DNA of 64,000 nt, taken from assembly GCF_000002075.1 (NCBI RefSeq), contig NW_004797333.1, positions 1,642,717-1,706,716 on the forward strand, given 5' to 3'. The DNA comes from Aplysia californica (Eukaryota). The position numbers were made by a program, and so were the translations under genes. Below the pieces are notes generated by a model. That model worked only from the letters and a program-made list of their open reading frames with translations, did not search any database and was not told the origin of the DNA. Positions 63,452-64,000 of this stretch are shown here, piece by piece. How positions within the stretch are numbered: the stretch's first letter is position 1; every line of letters begins with the position of its first letter.

Positions 63452-64000
63452 CTGTGAACACAAGGAGGACAAAATGAGGTTAAAATGTCACAGACGTTTT
63501 TATTTAGTTACAATTTGTAAAGATAAACACATCGACACAATTACTGTTGTTTACTATTGGCACGGTTCCCGCGGCCTCCTTGAATGCAAGGAGTCCATGA
63601 AAACTGCTTGAATTTGCTTTCAAGGGGCCCCTGGAATTACCCAAGAATTTGAAAAAAATCGCCGACACCCGGAATGCAACGGGAATTTGAAGAAATCTGT
63701 AAATTGCCCCGTGAAAGACCCGGGAAAATACATAAACGTTCTCGAATATTTGAAAACCAAATCCGATAACGTCCTTGAGTCCATTTTTGTGGATCGCGGT
63801 TGTGATATATAATATAATTCATTCGGCCTTTCCCGGCCTGAGAGTACGTTACACGCGCACAGGCGGTTATGGTGGCAACAAATGGAAGTGTATGTGCGAT
63901 ACCGAAGCTCGATCGGGAAAATCAAGATCTACTTTCGCTTTCGTTACCACCAAGAAATTTGCCGGTAGGGCCTATAGTAGTCTGATAGCGCCACATTTGT

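Noticed and set aside
63620-64000. 101-aa ORF and CpG-rich stretch at the window end
   Set aside because: No recognisable domain or splice support; probably an intronic transposon end that cannot be delimited within the window.

Overview
Repeat-rich, AT-rich animal genomic DNA. The intron-exon structure, (CA)n tracts, CORE/Nin-type SINEs and Sola transposons suggest a lophotrochozoan such as a mollusc; this is inference. Four spliced protein-coding genes are supported: (1) the last coding exon of a DUF1647-family protein (+, 2027-2557); (2) a complete FAM174-family type I membrane protein (-, coding exons 15939-16420 and 14817-14964, 209 aa); (3) a complete five-exon ARL15 (+, 31477-42471, 217 aa), head-to-head with FAM174; (4) the 3' half of neuralized (-, second NHR domain plus RING, 60451-63451), converging on ARL15. 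Most of the rest is layered transposon debris, much of it delimited to the base by terminal repeats and target-site duplications (TSDs): a dead MULE, an RNase-H LINE split by a Sola1 element, a Sola2 element, four Sola1 MITEs, hAT, Tc1/mariner and piggyBac MITEs, and several SINEs. The most unusual observations are (a) a family of 9-bp-TSD elements with asymmetric ends and two alternative palindromic subterminal motifs, one copy nested in its own relative; (b) CTAG-centred palindrome runs (TAGATC, TAGGCC) concentrated around the divergent promoter and apparently arising in situ; (c) an ARL15 whose G4 box reads TGQD; (d) one 3' stem-loop tail shared by three different retroposon bodies. I see no evidence for a new multi-gene system, CRISPR array, rRNA or intact tRNA gene. 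All family assignments come from motif recognition by eye, not database searches.
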